Source of the DNA: Macrostomum lignano
Lineage: Eukaryota
Length of the DNA stretch: 64,000 bases
NCBI GenBank assembly: GCA_002269645.1
Contig: NIVC01000446.1
Span: 186,001 to 250,000 of the forward strand
Direction: 5' to 3'
Shown piece after piece: positions 40,757-53,774 of this stretch. Numbering within the stretch: the first letter of the stretch is position 1; every line of letters begins with the position of its first letter. A program made the position numbers and the translations under genes. The notes beneath the pieces were generated by a model. That model saw nothing but the letters and a program-made list of their open reading frames with translations. It made no database searches and was not told where the DNA came from.

Positions 40757-43700
40757 TCAGTCTTTGCCGCCCTTCTTCTGCGACACGGTGCCGGGTTTCT
40801 GCTGGGCATCCGGGTGGCTGGCCAGCTCGTGCGGACAGGTGGACACTGGCGAGGCCAACAGAGTCTCCTTCAAATCAAAGAAGACGCCGGAATCGTCTTT
40901 AGTCAGGAAGGTGACGGCTTTGCCATTTTTACCTGCCCGACCGGTTCGACCGATTCGATGCGTGTAGGTCTGGATGTCCTTGGACATGTCGTAGTTGATC
41001 ACTAGCGACACGTCCTTGATGTCGATGCCGCGGCTGGCCACGTCGGTGGCTACAAGGATGTCTTTTGTGCCGGCTTTGAGACTGCTCAACGCGAAGTCGC
41101 GCTGCTCCTGACCTTTGTCGCCGTGAAGGGAGACCTGCGAGGCGAGAGCGGGAGAGAGGGGAAGAAGTGAGACCGCTAATTAAGGTAGCCGAGACTTTGG
41201 AATTGCAGGGAGCTTGATATGTGCAGGGAACTTATGGAATTGCAGGGAGCTTGATATGTGCAGGGAACTTATGGAATTGCAGGGAGCTTGATATGTGCAG
41301 GGAACTTATGGAATTGCAGGGAGCTTGATATGTGCAAGGAACTTGTAGAATTGTAGGGAGCTTGGGGAATTACAGGGAGCTTAATATGTGCAAGGAACTT
41401 GGGGAATAGCAGGGAGCTTGATATGTGCAAGGAACTTGTAGAATTGCAGGGAGCTTGGGGAATTACAGGGAGCTTGATATGTGCAAGGAACTTAGGGAAT
41501 AGCAGGGAGCTTGATATGTGCAAGGAACTTGGGTAATTGCAGGGTGCTTGGGGCATTGAAAGGAGCTTGGGGTTTTGGAGTGAGCTTGGGGTTGTGCAGG
41601 GAGCTTAGGGTTGTGTAGGGAGCTTGTTGTGCAGGGATCTTGGGGTTGGGTACGGAGCTTGTTATGTAGGGAGCTTGGTGTTGAACAGGGAGCTTGGGGT
41701 TGTGCAGGGAGCTTGGGGTTTTGCAGGGAGCTTGGTGTTGTGCAGGGAGCTTAGGGTTGTGTACGGAGCTTGTTATGCAGGGAGCTTGGGGTTGTACATA
41801 GGAGAATCGTAAAGATTATGGCGGACTTACGCTATTATATCCCATTCTCTCCAGGCCCTTAGTAAGCAAGTCGGCGCCCCGCTTATGATTAACAAAGATA
41901 ATGATCGGCGGATCGATGCCTCGCTCGAGCATCTGCTGCAGTTTGATTCGTTTCTGATCCTCGGACGTCATCATGATGACGGTCTGTTCCACCCGTTCGG
42001 TCGGCTTGCCAATGGAGCCGATGTACACGATGGCAGGCCTGCGCAGATAGGTCCGCGCGAGTCGCTCTACAGCAGGCGGCATTGTCGCTGTGAACATCAC
42101 CGTTTGACGGAATTTTCTTTTAGTAGCAAAATTGCTCATTAAGAAATCTTCGGATTCGACCGCTTCGGTGTCGGGCTTCTGGTTGCTAACTGGCAGGTAT
42201 TCGAGCACTTTCTGCACCTCGGGTTCGAATCCCATGTTGATCATCTTGTCGGCTTCGTCTAGGATAACGTAGGTGCACTGGCCGAGTACTAGGTAGCGAT
42301 TCTCGAGGACGTCCAACAGGCGGCCCGGTGTGGCGACAACAATCTCGCAGCCTTGGCGAAGCTTGAAGCCCTGGAGGATGGGGAAATCGGCGATTTCACC
42401 ATTCTAGGTGTTGAACTGCATGGATTTCTTAGAAAAATTATTATAGTGTAAAGAGATGAGATAGGGGATGAGGTAATTTCCCCTATTTCCCCTGAGGTAA
42501 TCATTGAGTAGAGATATGGTATTATTAAGTAGGGGTACGGGATCATTGAGTAGGGATATGGTATCATTTAGTAGGGATATGGGATCATTTAGTAGGGATA
42601 TGGGATCATTGAGTAGGGATATGGGATCATTTAGTAGGGATATGGGATCATTTAGTAGGGATATGGGATCATTGAGTAGGGATATGGGATTATTGAGTAG
42701 GGATATGGGATCATTTAGTAGGGATATGGGATCATTGAGTAGGGATATGGGATTATTAAGTAGGGGTACGGGATCATTGAGTAGGGATATGGGATCATTT
42801 AGTAGGGATATGGGATCATTTAGTAGGGATATGGGATCATTGAGTAGGGATATGGGATCATTGAGTAGGGATATGGGATCATTTAGTAGGGATATGGGAT
42901 CATTGAGTAGGGATATGGGATTATTGAGTAGGGATATGGGATCATTTAGTAGGGATATGGGATCATTGAGTAGGGATATGGGTTATTAAGTAGGGGTACG
43001 GGATCATTGAGTAGGGATATGGGATCATTTAGTAGGGATATGGGATCATTGAGTAGGGATATGGGATTATTAAGTAGGGGTACGGGATCATTGAGTAGGG
43101 ATATGGGATCATTTAGTAGGGATATGGGATCATTTAGTAGGGATATGGGATCATTGAGTAGGGATATGGGATTACTGAGTAGGGATATGGAATCATTGAG
43201 TAGAATTATGGGATTACTGAGTAGGGATATGGGATCATTGAGTAGGGATATGGGATTATTGAGTAGGGATATGGGATTATTGAGTAGGGATATGGGATTA
43301 TTGAGTAGGGATATGGGATTATTGAGTAGGGATATGGGATTATTGAGTAGGGATATGGGGATCAGTGAAAAGTAGAACAAACCCAGCCGTAAACGAACCT
43401 GTTCCTCTCGGCTCAGACCGCCGATCACGGATACAATCTTGATGCCTAAAGGCTGGCCAAATTTGTAGGCCTCCTCCTCAATCTGCTGGGCCAGCTCTCT
43501 TGTTGGCGCCATAATCAGAGCGTACGGACCCTGCTCGGCGTCTTCGGCTCGTTCCAATTTCGGCAAACTCATAATCCAGGTAAGCAGAGGGATTAAGAAG
43601 GCGGCGGTTTTACCCGAGCCGGTCTCGGCTACGCCAATAATATCGCGATTCTGTAGGCCGATAGGAATAGCCTGCCGCTGCACGGGGGTCGGCTCCTTGT

Positions 43701-45942
43701 AGCCAACAGCCTCAATGACCTCCACGAGTTCGCGGCGCAGTCCGGCCTCTGACCAGTTGCGCAAGGGCCTGGGAATTTTGCCGCCCTTAGTTGAGATGCT
43801 GAAATCTTCGCGAAATATTCGCCAATCGCGTTCGGTCATCTCGTCCAGGCCTTTGGCCGACCAGTGACGATCGTCGAACTTTTGACGCGCCTCGCGATTT
43901 AAGATATGATCGAGGCGCTTCTCCTCTTGAGCTTTCTGGGCGTCCGAGCGGCGGTCTTCCAGCAGCTTGGAGTAGAACCGGCCCATCTCCTTGCGCTGGG
44001 TCTTCACGTCAATGCCGGCCAGGTGACCCCGGCCGAATAGTTGCACCTGGGGTGTGAAATGGGGTGGCGGTTTAGCGATAGTTGCACCTGGGGTGTGATA
44101 TGGGGTGGCGGTTTAGCGATAGTTGCACCTGGGGTGTGATATGGGGTGGCGGTTTAGCGATAGTTGCACCTGGGGTGTGATATGGGGTGGCGGTTTAGCG
44201 ATAGTTGCACCTGGGGTGTGATATGGGGTGGCGGTTTAGCGATAGTTGCACCTGGGGTGTGATATGGGGTGGCGGTTTAGCGATAATTGCACCTGGGGTG
44301 TGATATGGGGTGGCGGTTTAGCGATAATTGCACATGGGTGTGATATGGGGTGGCGGGATGGCTATAATTGCACCTGGGTGTGATATGGGGCGGCGGGATG
44401 GCTATAATTGCACCTGGGGTGTGATATGGGGTGGCGGGATGGCTATAATTGCACCTGGAGTGTGATATGGGGTGGCGGGATGGCTATACTTGCACCTGGG
44501 TGTGATATGGGGTGGCGGGATGGCTATAATTGCACCTGGGTGTGATATGGGGAGGTGGGATGGCTATAATTGCACCTGGGGTGTGATATGGGGAGGTGGG
44601 ATGGCTATACTTGCACCTGGGTGTGATATGGGGTGGCGGGATGGCTATAATTGCACCTGGGGTGTGATATGGGGTGGCGGGATGGCTATAATTGCACCTG
44701 GGTGTGATATGGGGAGGTGGGATGGCTATAATTGCACCTGGGGTGTGATATGGGGAGGTGGGATGGCTATACTTGCACCTGGGTGTGATATGGGGAGGTG
44801 GGATGGCTATAATTGCACCTGGGGTGTGATATGGGGTGGCGGGATGGCTATACTTGCACCTGGGTGTGATATGGGGTGGCGGGATGGCGATAATTGCACC
44901 CGGGGTGTGATATAGGGCGGCGGGTTGGACAGTTAAACGTGGGACCAGCGGTGGCGTCAAAAATTGCAACTCTCAATTGACTACCGATATGTAGCGTAGT
45001 AAACAATAAGCTGAAATTCACCTGGTGCTTATCCTTATACAAGTTGTTATAATCCTGACTAGTATCCTCTGTGGCGTCCCATTCGAACACAAACTTTCGC
45101 TCGTTCTGCCTGCGCTGCTTCTTTCTAGGCTTCTTGCCGCCCAAATAGCGCTCGCGAATCGCTTCCAACACGCGACTGTCCGTCCCTGCGTCTCCGACTC
45201 CGCCCCGGTCCCGGCCTCGATCCCGGTCCCGATCGCGATCCCGATCACGATCACGACCACGGTCCCGGTCTCGATCTCCTCGACGGTCGCGGTCGCGGTC
45301 CCGATCCCGATCGCGGTCCCGATCCCGATCGCGGTCCCGATCCCGATCGCGGTCTCGATCCCGCCTGTCCGCCAGCTGCTGGTCCTGCTGCGCCTGCAAC
45401 TGCTGAGCCCGCATCATTTCCACCTGTTCCGCTCGCCTCTTCAAAGCTTCCGCCGCCCTCTCCTCCTTGGTGAGAAACTTCGGCTTGGCCTGCTCAGCTT
45501 CCAAAGCTTTCTTACGGGCCAGCACCTCTTCCAGACTCAGCGGCCCGGCTTTCTTTGCCGCCTGTTTGTCGTCATCTGCTGTCTTCTGCTTTTGCGACGA
45601 CTCGGCAGCAGACTCCGCCTCCTGCTGCTGGTCGGCGCTGCTCGATTTCTTAGATGCTTCTTTTTCTTTACGACGGCGTTTTCCGTCCGCCGCGTCGCGA
45701 TCTCGACTGCGGCTCCGGCTGCGATTGCGGCGCTTCTTCTCGCGCTTCTCTTTCTTCTCCTTCTTCTCCTTTTTTTCTTTTTTCTCTTTCCGACTCTTTG
45801 AAGTTGTTGCCGATGTTGCCTCGGGCTTTTCTTGCGCTGTAGCCGCCGCTTCTTCAGGCGGGGGCGGCTGCTGCTGCGACGGCGCCCTTGGCGAAGATGG
45901 TTGAGCACTGTCAACGTCCATTGAGTCGCCGTCGCTGGTCAT
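40757..45942 (-). CDS. DDX23: U5 snRNP DEAD-box helicase DDX23/Prp28, about 828 aa
   Basis: Exons (minus) 45942-45022, 44046-43399, 42370-41831, 41134-40757; all phase 0. RS/RD-rich N-terminus, [80 protein letters not shown]. An upstream in-frame ATG at 45999 is an alternative start. Confidence 0.96.
41195..41800. repeat. GGGAGCTT-core minisatellite (about 37-bp units decaying to about 20-bp units) in DDX23 intron 3
   Basis: Visible tandem units. Confidence 0.9.
42510..43360. repeat. 21-bp minisatellite (TCATTGAGTAGGGATATGGGA) in DDX23 intron 2
   Basis: Visible tandem units. Confidence 0.96.
44037..44915 (-). repeat. 40-41-bp minisatellite whose unit contains the 3' splice site plus the first 10 exon bases (CACACCCCAG|GTGCAACTAT)
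   Basis: Plus-strand unit ATAGTTGCACCTGGGGTGTGATATGGGGTGGCGGTTTAGCG, about 21 copies; the terminal unit overlaps the real acceptor at 44047. Confidence 0.95.
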
Positions 45943-46065
45943 TATCACCTTTTTGCCTACTGCTGAAATTTGTTGCGGCGAGAATTTTTGCATATTCATC
46001 TACTGTTAGTAGACTGTTGGAGACAGTATTGCAGATAAATTATGTCTGATTTTGTTATGGATAGA

Positions 46066-46229
46066 AATATCTATCTTTCTATCTATCTGTCTATCTATCT
46101 ATCTATTTATCTGTCTGTCTGTCTGCCTATCTATCTGTCTATCTATCCATCTATCTGTCTATCTATCTATCTATCTGTCTATCTATCTATCTATCTATTT
46201 ATTTATCTATCTATTTATCCATCTATCTG

Positions 46230-46297
<68 letters not shown>

Positions 46298-46685
46298 CCA
46301 ATCAATCTATTTATCTGTCTGTCTGCCTATCTATCTGTCTATCTATCTATCTATCTGTCTATCTATCTATCTATCTGTCTATCTATCTGTCTATCTATCT
46401 ATCTATCTATCTGTCTATCTATCTATCTATCTGTCTATCTATCTATCCATACATGCGCAACCTCCAAAATTTGGTCGGCCGTGCGACTTACATGTGAATG
46501 AAAATGGCATAACGCAATTTTGGGTAGACGGCAGGAGTAACTATGACTGTCTTATAAGGGCTAAATGCCTCGTCATAAAATTAGTACTACGTCTGTGTTT
46601 TTTGGGCTGGGCATTTTTGCGACTTACCTTGGTTGGCCGCCAAATCGGTCGGCCGGATCGGCCGACTGTTGCGCATGTATGTATG

Positions 46686-46750
<65 letters not shown>

Positions 46751-46822
46751 ATCTATCTATCTATCTATCTATCTATCAATCAATCAATCTATCTATCTAT
46801 CTATCAATCTATCTATCTATCG
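46066..46822. repeat. Two (TATC)n/(TCAA)n microsatellite blocks (46066-46450, 46683-46822)
   Basis: Direct reading. Confidence 0.96.
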
Positions 46823-47359
46823 ATCAATTAAAAAGAATTTTAAATAACAGACAACAAAAGCCGAGCCAGATGAAAACGTATTAAGAGAAATACTGAAATA
46901 CTTTTTGTGTTGCAACAATCAGAAAATATGAAAACTAACAAGGGTAGAAAAAGACAACTACAGGCAAAGGTCAGGTGCATAGCAAACGAAAAAAGCGCAT
47001 GCTGAGAGGCATGACTAGCGAGCAAACAGGGTGAAAAAGGTTTGTGGGTTCGATTCGCTGTGAAAGCCCAGACGACAGACAGTACGGTTTGCACAAGCAG
47101 CTGCAAGTGGTAGCGATTTGAGAAAAAAATTGCACGAAAAGTTGTTGAAAAGGCAAAGTATTATTAAGAAAACGGCATATATAAACTTGTTGGAGGAAAA
47201 GATCAATAGAACCTTTAAAAATGTAAAACCTTGACATTTAATATTTAATAAATTAATTAATAACCATTAGAAATAGCCTTTGACATTTCGGTTAACTTTC
47301 ACATTACTAATACTGTCATTAATGCTACGAGTACTCCTAATACTAATACTAATCCAATT

Positions 47360-48122
47360 TCAAGTGTATTTAGATAGTGGCTAGAGTGAACCAGCTGTAG
47401 CAGGGTTGTGGCCATAGACTAATCCAATTTCAAGTGTATATAGATAGCGGCTAGAGTGAACCAGCTGTAGCAGGGTTGTGGCCATAGACTAATCCAATTT
47501 CAAGTGTATATAGATAGCGGCTAGAGTGAACCAGCTGTAGCAGGGTTGTGGCCATAGACTAATCCAATTTCAAGTGTATATAGATAGCGGCTAGAGTGAA
47601 CCAGCTGTAGCAGGGTTGTGGCCATAGACTAATTTAATTTCAAGTGTATATAGATAGTGGCTAGAGTGAACCAGCTGTAGCAGGGTTGTGGCCATAGACT
47701 AATCCAATTTCAAGTGTATATAGATAGTGGCTAGAGTGAACCAGCTGTAGCAGGGTTGTGGCCATAGACTAATCCAATTTCAAGTGTATATAGATAGCGG
47801 CTAGAGTGAACCAGCTGTAGCAGGGTTGTGGCCATAGACTAATTAAATTTCAAGTGTATATAGATAGTGGCTAGAGTGAAACAGCTGTAGTAGGGTTGTG
47901 GCCATAGACTAATCCAATTTCATGTGTATATAGATAGTGGCTAGAGTGAACCAGCTGTAGCAGGGTTTTGGCCATAGACTAATCCAATTTCAAGTGTATA
48001 TAGATAGTGGCTAGAGTGAACCAGCTGTAGCAGGGTTTTGGCCATAGACTAATCCAATTTCAAGTGTATATAGATAGTGGCTAGAGTGAAACAGCTGTAG
48101 CAGGGCTGTGGCCATAGACTAA
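47360..48122. repeat. 70-bp minisatellite with GGGTTGTGGCCATAGACTAAT core
   Basis: Period 70 (47401 vs 47471), about 11 copies. Confidence 0.96.
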
Positions 48123-48300
48123 TGAGCTCGTCAAGAGTCACTAAAACTGACTAGATCGAAAAGTGAGGCGCCTGCAACAAAACTATTTTTTTTAAAACGC
48201 AGCATTTTAATGGTAACATTTTCGTCAATTACAAACTTTCGATACATATCGGTAGTCAGACAAGCGAGAGAAAAAAACCGCGCCCACAAACACGAAAAAA

Positions 48301-51300
48301 TCAGACGGGACGCACGTCAACTAGAAATAACTGACGTTTCAGAGCGCTCGGCAGAGGCAGCCGATCGATTTTGGCAGAATAATTAGCCGGCCCCAGCAGG
48401 GAGTGCATCTTCAAAGCGGTGGATAGCAACAGACTGGGAGGCTGGCTTAGCCATTCGGTTAAAGTTCGACCAGCTTCGATGGCTGATTCTGGCAGCTCGC
48501 TCTGATCCTGAGCATCAGTCGCTGTGGACAAGATGGCGCGTTTAATAGCGGCAATCCAAGCTGGGCCAGACGGCAGCTTGAACATGATGATGAATACCAG
48601 GTAGAGAATGCGGAGCTTAGCCAATGCCAGGCTCGATAGTGAGCCGCACAGAGACGAAGTTGGCGCAGGCGCAACGAGCAGTTCGGAGGCGCGCGCACCG
48701 CTGGCAGCCAGGCAGATTAGATCAGGTAGATTAATCCTGCGGAAAATGCAGATATTGGTTAAATTGTTTCTTAGGCAGTTGCCATGGGCATTTTAAAGCT
48801 GTTTGCTAGAGCATTGCCATGGGGATTTTTAAGCCAGTTGCTAGGGCGTTGCCATGGGGATTTTTAAGCTGTTTACTAGAGCATTGCCATGGGGATTTTT
48901 AATCCAGTTGCTAGGGCGTTGCCATGGGGATTTTTAAGCCAGTTGCTAGGGCGTTGCCATGGGGATTTTTAAGCCAGTTGCTAGGGCGTTGCCATGGGGA
49001 TTTTCAAGCAAGTTGCTAGGGCGTTGCTATGGGGATTTTTAAGCAAGTTGTTAGGGCGTTGCCATGGGGATTTTCAAGCAAGTTGCTAGAGCGTTGCCAT
49101 GGGGATTTTCAAGCAAGTTGCTAGGGCGTTGCTATGGGGATTTTCAAGCCAGATATATATAGTAATAAATTACTAAAGAAAAACAAATTAAACAAGCAGC
49201 AAACCTATCAGGCGGGAAGTAAGCGGCTAGAGAGAAATCCTTCGGATGATGCAAGCAGTTGTAGCCAAGCAAAGCCTCCATAGTGCCAAACGGGTCGGCT
49301 TTTGGGCCGCCGATGTCGCCGCGCAGGAAGGCTACGGCCGTGGACACGATAGACGGCATCACGGGAAGCGGATCGGCTCCGTTGCTTAGCAACAAGCGGA
49401 CGCAATCGGCGTGCGATTTGTCAGCCAGAATGCTAAGCGGGCTCTGGTGAGCGGTGTTGACAATGTTAATAGCCTGCGGACAGTGCAGCACCAGGGCTCG
49501 GATCTGAGAAGGCATTGGTCAGAGATCCGAACCTTTAAGACTCGTACTATGAGTAGTATGAGTACCATATTTTCTATAATCCATATTTTATCCGATAGAT
49601 CACTAATTTTATAGTGAATGGAATTCTTAGGATTTCAAGAATTCTACCAAATTGTTGAATTCGAATAATCTGTAAACATGGAGTCCTGAGGCTTAGCAGT
49701 GTAAAGGATAAAGGTAGAGACGTTGGTAATTTATTTGACTTTCAAAATTTACTAAATTCTGGCCTTTAAAACACCCAGCTATCCCAGTCAAAAGGAAACT
49801 ATCTAGATGACGGTAAACACGCCCGACTCTCGCGCAGAGACCCCGGGTTCGATTCCGCGCGCAAACGCATTCATTTGGGGCTTGTGTGCACGAAAATTAG
49901 CGGGTGGTTGTCCTGCGATTCATACACAAGCCGCAGAGAGTGTACAATCAGGAGTCAGCGGAATGGGCAGAATGGCCTCAGCTCTGGTGCTGTGGGACTG
50001 TCGCCGAAGGCATTGCGCCAGGGTGCCAGCAGCCCTTCTTCTGTGTTGAGTATTTTATACACTCCGTCACTTGAAAGCAAATCTCACTGTTTTGCACTTT
50101 GCAAAACAAAGGCAAATGCAAAGGCACGGAATGCTCAAGCGATGGGAAAAGTGTGTTGCTACAGGTGGGGGGGGCGTAGCCCAGCGGTAGCGCAGCTGCT
50201 CTGGTGTGCCAGCGACCCAGGCTCGATTCCAAGTGCAGTCACATTAATCTGGGGCTGAATTGGAATCTCGGCTTGGCTCTGCTCGTGCAATTAACGGCCT
50301 TGAGAGCCAACCCCCCAAGGCGCAGTGAAGTGTACATGCCTAACCATAAATAAAGTTAGGGCCGCTGTACACTCCTGTGTGAGTGTGTGCCTGCGTACGT
50401 ATCCGCGCGCTTGTATGCCTGCTCAGGGGAGTCGGCGGAATGGGCAGCAATGCCTCTCGCCGGTTGTGTGCCTATGTCGCTTAAAGTGCGCCAGGGTGCA
50501 CACAACCCCCTGCCTCTAATAAAAAGTGTTGCTACAGGTGGAGACTGTGTTGGGAAGGCTGCCTTGAAGGTTGATGATGAATGATGAATGATTACAATTC
50601 GTTTCTTTGAGGACAAAACATCGCTTTTTATTTCTTTGCTCTCGGATTAAGTGTCGGAACTTTCCGGACACACCTTGTATATCATACGCCAGAACACGGA
50701 GCTAATGAACCAATCACTCACAGCCTCGCAGTGGCCCTCGGTGGCCGCATAGACTAATGGCGTGTTGCCATTGGCATCGGTTGCAGTGCAGTCGGCTCCG
50801 TGCTGCAGCAGAAAGTCCACCCCGATGGCGTACAGAGCCGCGCAGTGCAGCGGGGTGCCATCGGAGCACGGATGCTCCATGACCGGGTCATCTTCGGGAC
50901 CGAGAAAGTCAAGATTAAAAGCGACAGGCTCCGGCTTCACGTTGACAGGATAGCCGCGTTGAACCAGAGCTCGCATCGCTTCCATAGCAACGCTACCCTG
51001 GCAACTATAGAGTCGCCTAGCGGCGCTAAGTACGCAATCGTTGCCAATAGCAACGCAGCCGGAGTCTAGCAGAGCAAACAAGCGATCTCCGGTCAGAGCC
51101 GGTGAGCTCTGAAGAAGATCTTGGAATAGAGCAGTCTGAGCTGGGCCGGACACCAGCGACAGAAGCTGTGGCGCATCCTTAGGACTGAACTTGGCCAGGT
51201 GATACCGGATGTGCCTGCAGAGCTTGTAGCGCAAATTCCTCTGCGTATTAAATCGATCCGGCCGAGTTTCGGCCGCCTCCGTTACCAAGGCCAACACGGC

Positions 51301-51444
51301 TGGTAAATTGCCATAGACAAAGGCCAGCTCTAATAATTTATCGAACGAAGCGGCATTCTCATAGGCTATGGTTCTTAATAGTTCTTTAAGCAGCTGGGGA
51401 CTGTGAGACTTCAGTATGTACTCCTGTTGGCGAGCGTCGGCCAT
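48301..51444 (-). CDS. Ankyrin-repeat and SOCS-box (ASB-like) protein, about 485 aa
   Basis: Exons (minus) 51444-50722, 49503-49205, 48736-48301; phases 0 and 2 consistent. Ankyrin motifs GTPLHCAA..LLQHGAD, GNTPLVYAATEGH, QSPL..CVRLLLSNGADP; C-terminal PPSLLLSTALKMHSLLG...IDRLPLPSALKRQL is SOCS-box-like. Confidence 0.88.
48780..49150. repeat. About 34-bp minisatellite (TTTTAAGCCAGTTGCTAGGGCGTTGCCATGGGGA) in ASB intron 2
   Basis: Visible tandem units. Confidence 0.93.
49820..49900 (+). mobile_element. SINE family B 5' (tRNA-like) fragment
   Basis: CCCGGGTTCGATTCC B-box followed by CATT..TTTGGGGCTTGTGTGC, as in the 12150 and 13465 copies. Confidence 0.55.
50169..50525 (+). mobile_element. Full-length tRNA-derived SINE (family B) with A-rich tail and 16-bp TSD, in ASB intron 1
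   Basis: A-box GTAGCCCAGCGGT, B-box GGCTCGATTCC, tail AATAAAAAA; direct repeat GTGTTGCTACAGGTGG at 50153-50168 and 50526-50541. Confidence 0.88.
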
Positions 51445-52469
51445 GATGTTTTTGTAACACAGATTCGATCAGTTTTTTGGGAGTTTTGTCTACAGTTTCT
51501 TCTGAAATAATTAAGAATTAGAAAACTAGTTAGTAAACTATAATATATTTGTGCCATTTAATGCAATAGACAGTCATTAATTATTTAAATAAACTTTACT
51601 AAATAGCCAGATACTAGCTCGTATAATAGCTAGATGGGCCACTCGAGCAAGTTTGCTTATAAGCTACTTTCAGTTCAGTAGTAAGTTAAACAGAGGCATT
51701 TTAATGCATTTTTAAAGCCAGTGCTCATTTATTGGCTCTTAGCCCCAGCTTAAACCCTCCAACCGCGCCTTTCCCCGCCTCGTCCTAATTTTTATTGCCT
51801 TTCTCGGAATTCCAGCCTAAAGCGGCCATGTACATTTCAGTGGACTGGCCAATGTACATTATTTCTGAACCAATTAGCAAGTTGTTTACGCCTGCAAGCT
51901 TGGGCTTCTAAACTTATTAAAGTAATCCCAGCTGCCTTTATTATAAAATAGCTTATATATTCTTCTTTGCTACTGAACTGTAAGTAGAAAGCTGTTTTAT
52001 TAAGTATATATGCCTGAGTGGGCTCACTTAGTATAGATATTCTAGTTATGTGCTAATAACTAATCAGATTCATAGACAAGCGCCCTTTCCACTGAAACTT
52101 GAGCAGGCAACACTAAATCTATCCTAAGTCTTATTTACGAGCATATTAGCAAAATAAGTTTATCGAACAATAACACACAAATAAGACGGTTTCTAATTCT
52201 GCCCTTGTATTTACAAGCGCGCAAAAAAGTCTAGGCAAGGATCGCCACTAGAAGTTACCGTTGTATCATAGGATGCAGCACGCCTAAAATTGTAAAAATT
52301 ATTCGAAGGCTTTCATGTTTACGTGTATGGTGTATATAGCGATGCTTGCCTTCAAAAGAAGCATTCTATTAGACTGTTATAAAGAAACCCGCACTTGCAA
52401 TAACTTTTTTTACGATTCTTGTCTTGCTAACGGTTTCAACGGGCTTTAGCTGTTTATTAGAGTTATGTG

Positions 52470-52670
52470 AGGGTTGTCGACTTGTGTTAAGAGCGTCGGA
52501 CTCACGACTTTGAAGGTCGGGGGTTCGATTCCCGATTCCACTGGGCAAGAAACTTAACTTTGGTACCAGCATTAGCTGGGGTAATTGAAGGTGTGTGTGG
52601 CGACTCCGCAGTCCTTGGACTGAACAGCCGTACGCAGCCTTCAGATGCGCCGCGCAATAGCTGCGGCTGA
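52470..52670 (+). mobile_element. tRNA-derived SINE, family A
   Basis: tRNA-like head GTTAAGAGCGTCGGACTC...GGGGGTTCGATTCCC; body shared with 11398-11575. Confidence 0.78.
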
Positions 52671-52868
52671 GCTGTCGGTTGCACATCTGCCCAATAGGGC
52701 AGGTGTAGTTATCAATATTATTATTAAAGATATCTTACTACCCTATGCTATATTATTTGATAGAAAACTAAAAATTAGATCATGGCTGAATAGCTGGAAT
52801 CGCCCTGCAATAACTTTGGTAACTTCTAGTGGTCTTTAAAACCAAGATTAGCAGTGGCAAAACAAGCT

Positions 52869-53741
52869 TCACAAAGCGCTATTCAGATAGTCAACAAACA
52901 GTTCAGTAACAGCGGCAGCATCAGTAGCCGCAGCAGCCGTGGCCGGTCTAGACCTCAGGCCAGTTAGAAACTGTTTCCTGCAGCGTTGCAATTCGCCCAT
53001 AGTCAGCTGCCTAGTATAGGTGAGCCTGCGCTTACACCCGGCAATGATGAGTTCGTCGCCTGGCAGGGCACCAGTCTGAGCAGCCATCACCCGTTGCATA
53101 ACGTCGCGCGTCGCTGCGTCGAAATTCGGCAGAAAATCGGAAGCAGCTGACGGCCTAGACTGAGTGGATTGGTTAGGCCGATCCGGCGCTCGATTGAACA
53201 GCGCCTGGCACACATTCGAGCATTGTAACGGTTCCGCGTTAGGTGCCAGAACTAGAGGCGAATCCCAACGATTAGTGGCATTTGGCTCTTCAAATCTTGC
53301 GCACAATTGGTCGAATAGATCCTCAGGATAGCGATCCTCTACAGGCCGTTGAGCGTTCCAACTTTTAGCCGTTTCTGGCGACACGTCGCAATGTATAAGG
53401 CATTGAGTATGTCTGAGATGCTTCACAGAGCAGTACAGTTCGTATCTGTAGCCTTTGATATAGTTTAACGAATCTAATATTACAACATCAGTTGGTGATG
53501 CCGCTAAGCGTTGTTCAGTTTCAGATTTCAAACACGAGCGCGCCTCTTTTTCGGCCGCGGCGCCAGCATAGATGGCGGTCTTGACTGCGGCGCCAGCTGT
53601 GGTAGAGCCGGATACACAGATCGATTCGTCTATGAGGCTGACCCGACGATCCGGGAACTTAACTGACAGGTACTCGATCAGCTGACGAGCTCGAGTCGAC
53701 TTGCCCGATGAGGGAAGTCCGCAAAGCAGGACCAGTGGCAG
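52869..53741 (-). CDS. KTI12: KTI12 (Elongator-associated P-loop protein), intronless; CTG occupies the initiator position
   Basis: Frame from 53741: (L)PLVLLCGLPSSGKSTRARQL...DSLNYIKGYRYELYC...RFEEPNATNRWDSPL; 873 nt including stop. KTI12 orthologs begin MPL[VI]. Confidence 0.92.
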   Translation of the reverse strand: MPLVLLCGLPSSGKSTRARQLIEYLSVKFPDRRVSLIDESICVSGSTTAGAAVKTAIYAGAAAEKEARSCLKSETEQRLAASPTDVVILDSLNYIKGYRYELYCSVKHLRHTQCLIHCDVSPETAKSWNAQRPVEDRYPEDLFDQLCARFEEPNATNRWDSPLVLAPNAEPLQCSNVCQALFNRAPDRPNQSTQSRPSAASDFLPNFDAATRDVMQRVMAAQTGALPGDELIIAGCKRRLTYTRQLTMGELQRCRKQFLTGLRSRPATAAAATDAAAVTELFVDYLNSAL

Positions 53742-53774
53742 AAGTGAGTAGGGTGTAGCCGGTAGGTGAGGGTA

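Noticed and set aside
42240-42262. DDX23 motif II region reads [11 protein letters not shown] rather than DEADRMIDMGF
   Set aside because: Core DEAD is intact and the changes are mild; not evidence of altered function.
49820-52545. tRNA genes
   Set aside because: A/B boxes run into shared SINE bodies (one with a TSD); no complete cloverleaf was evident.
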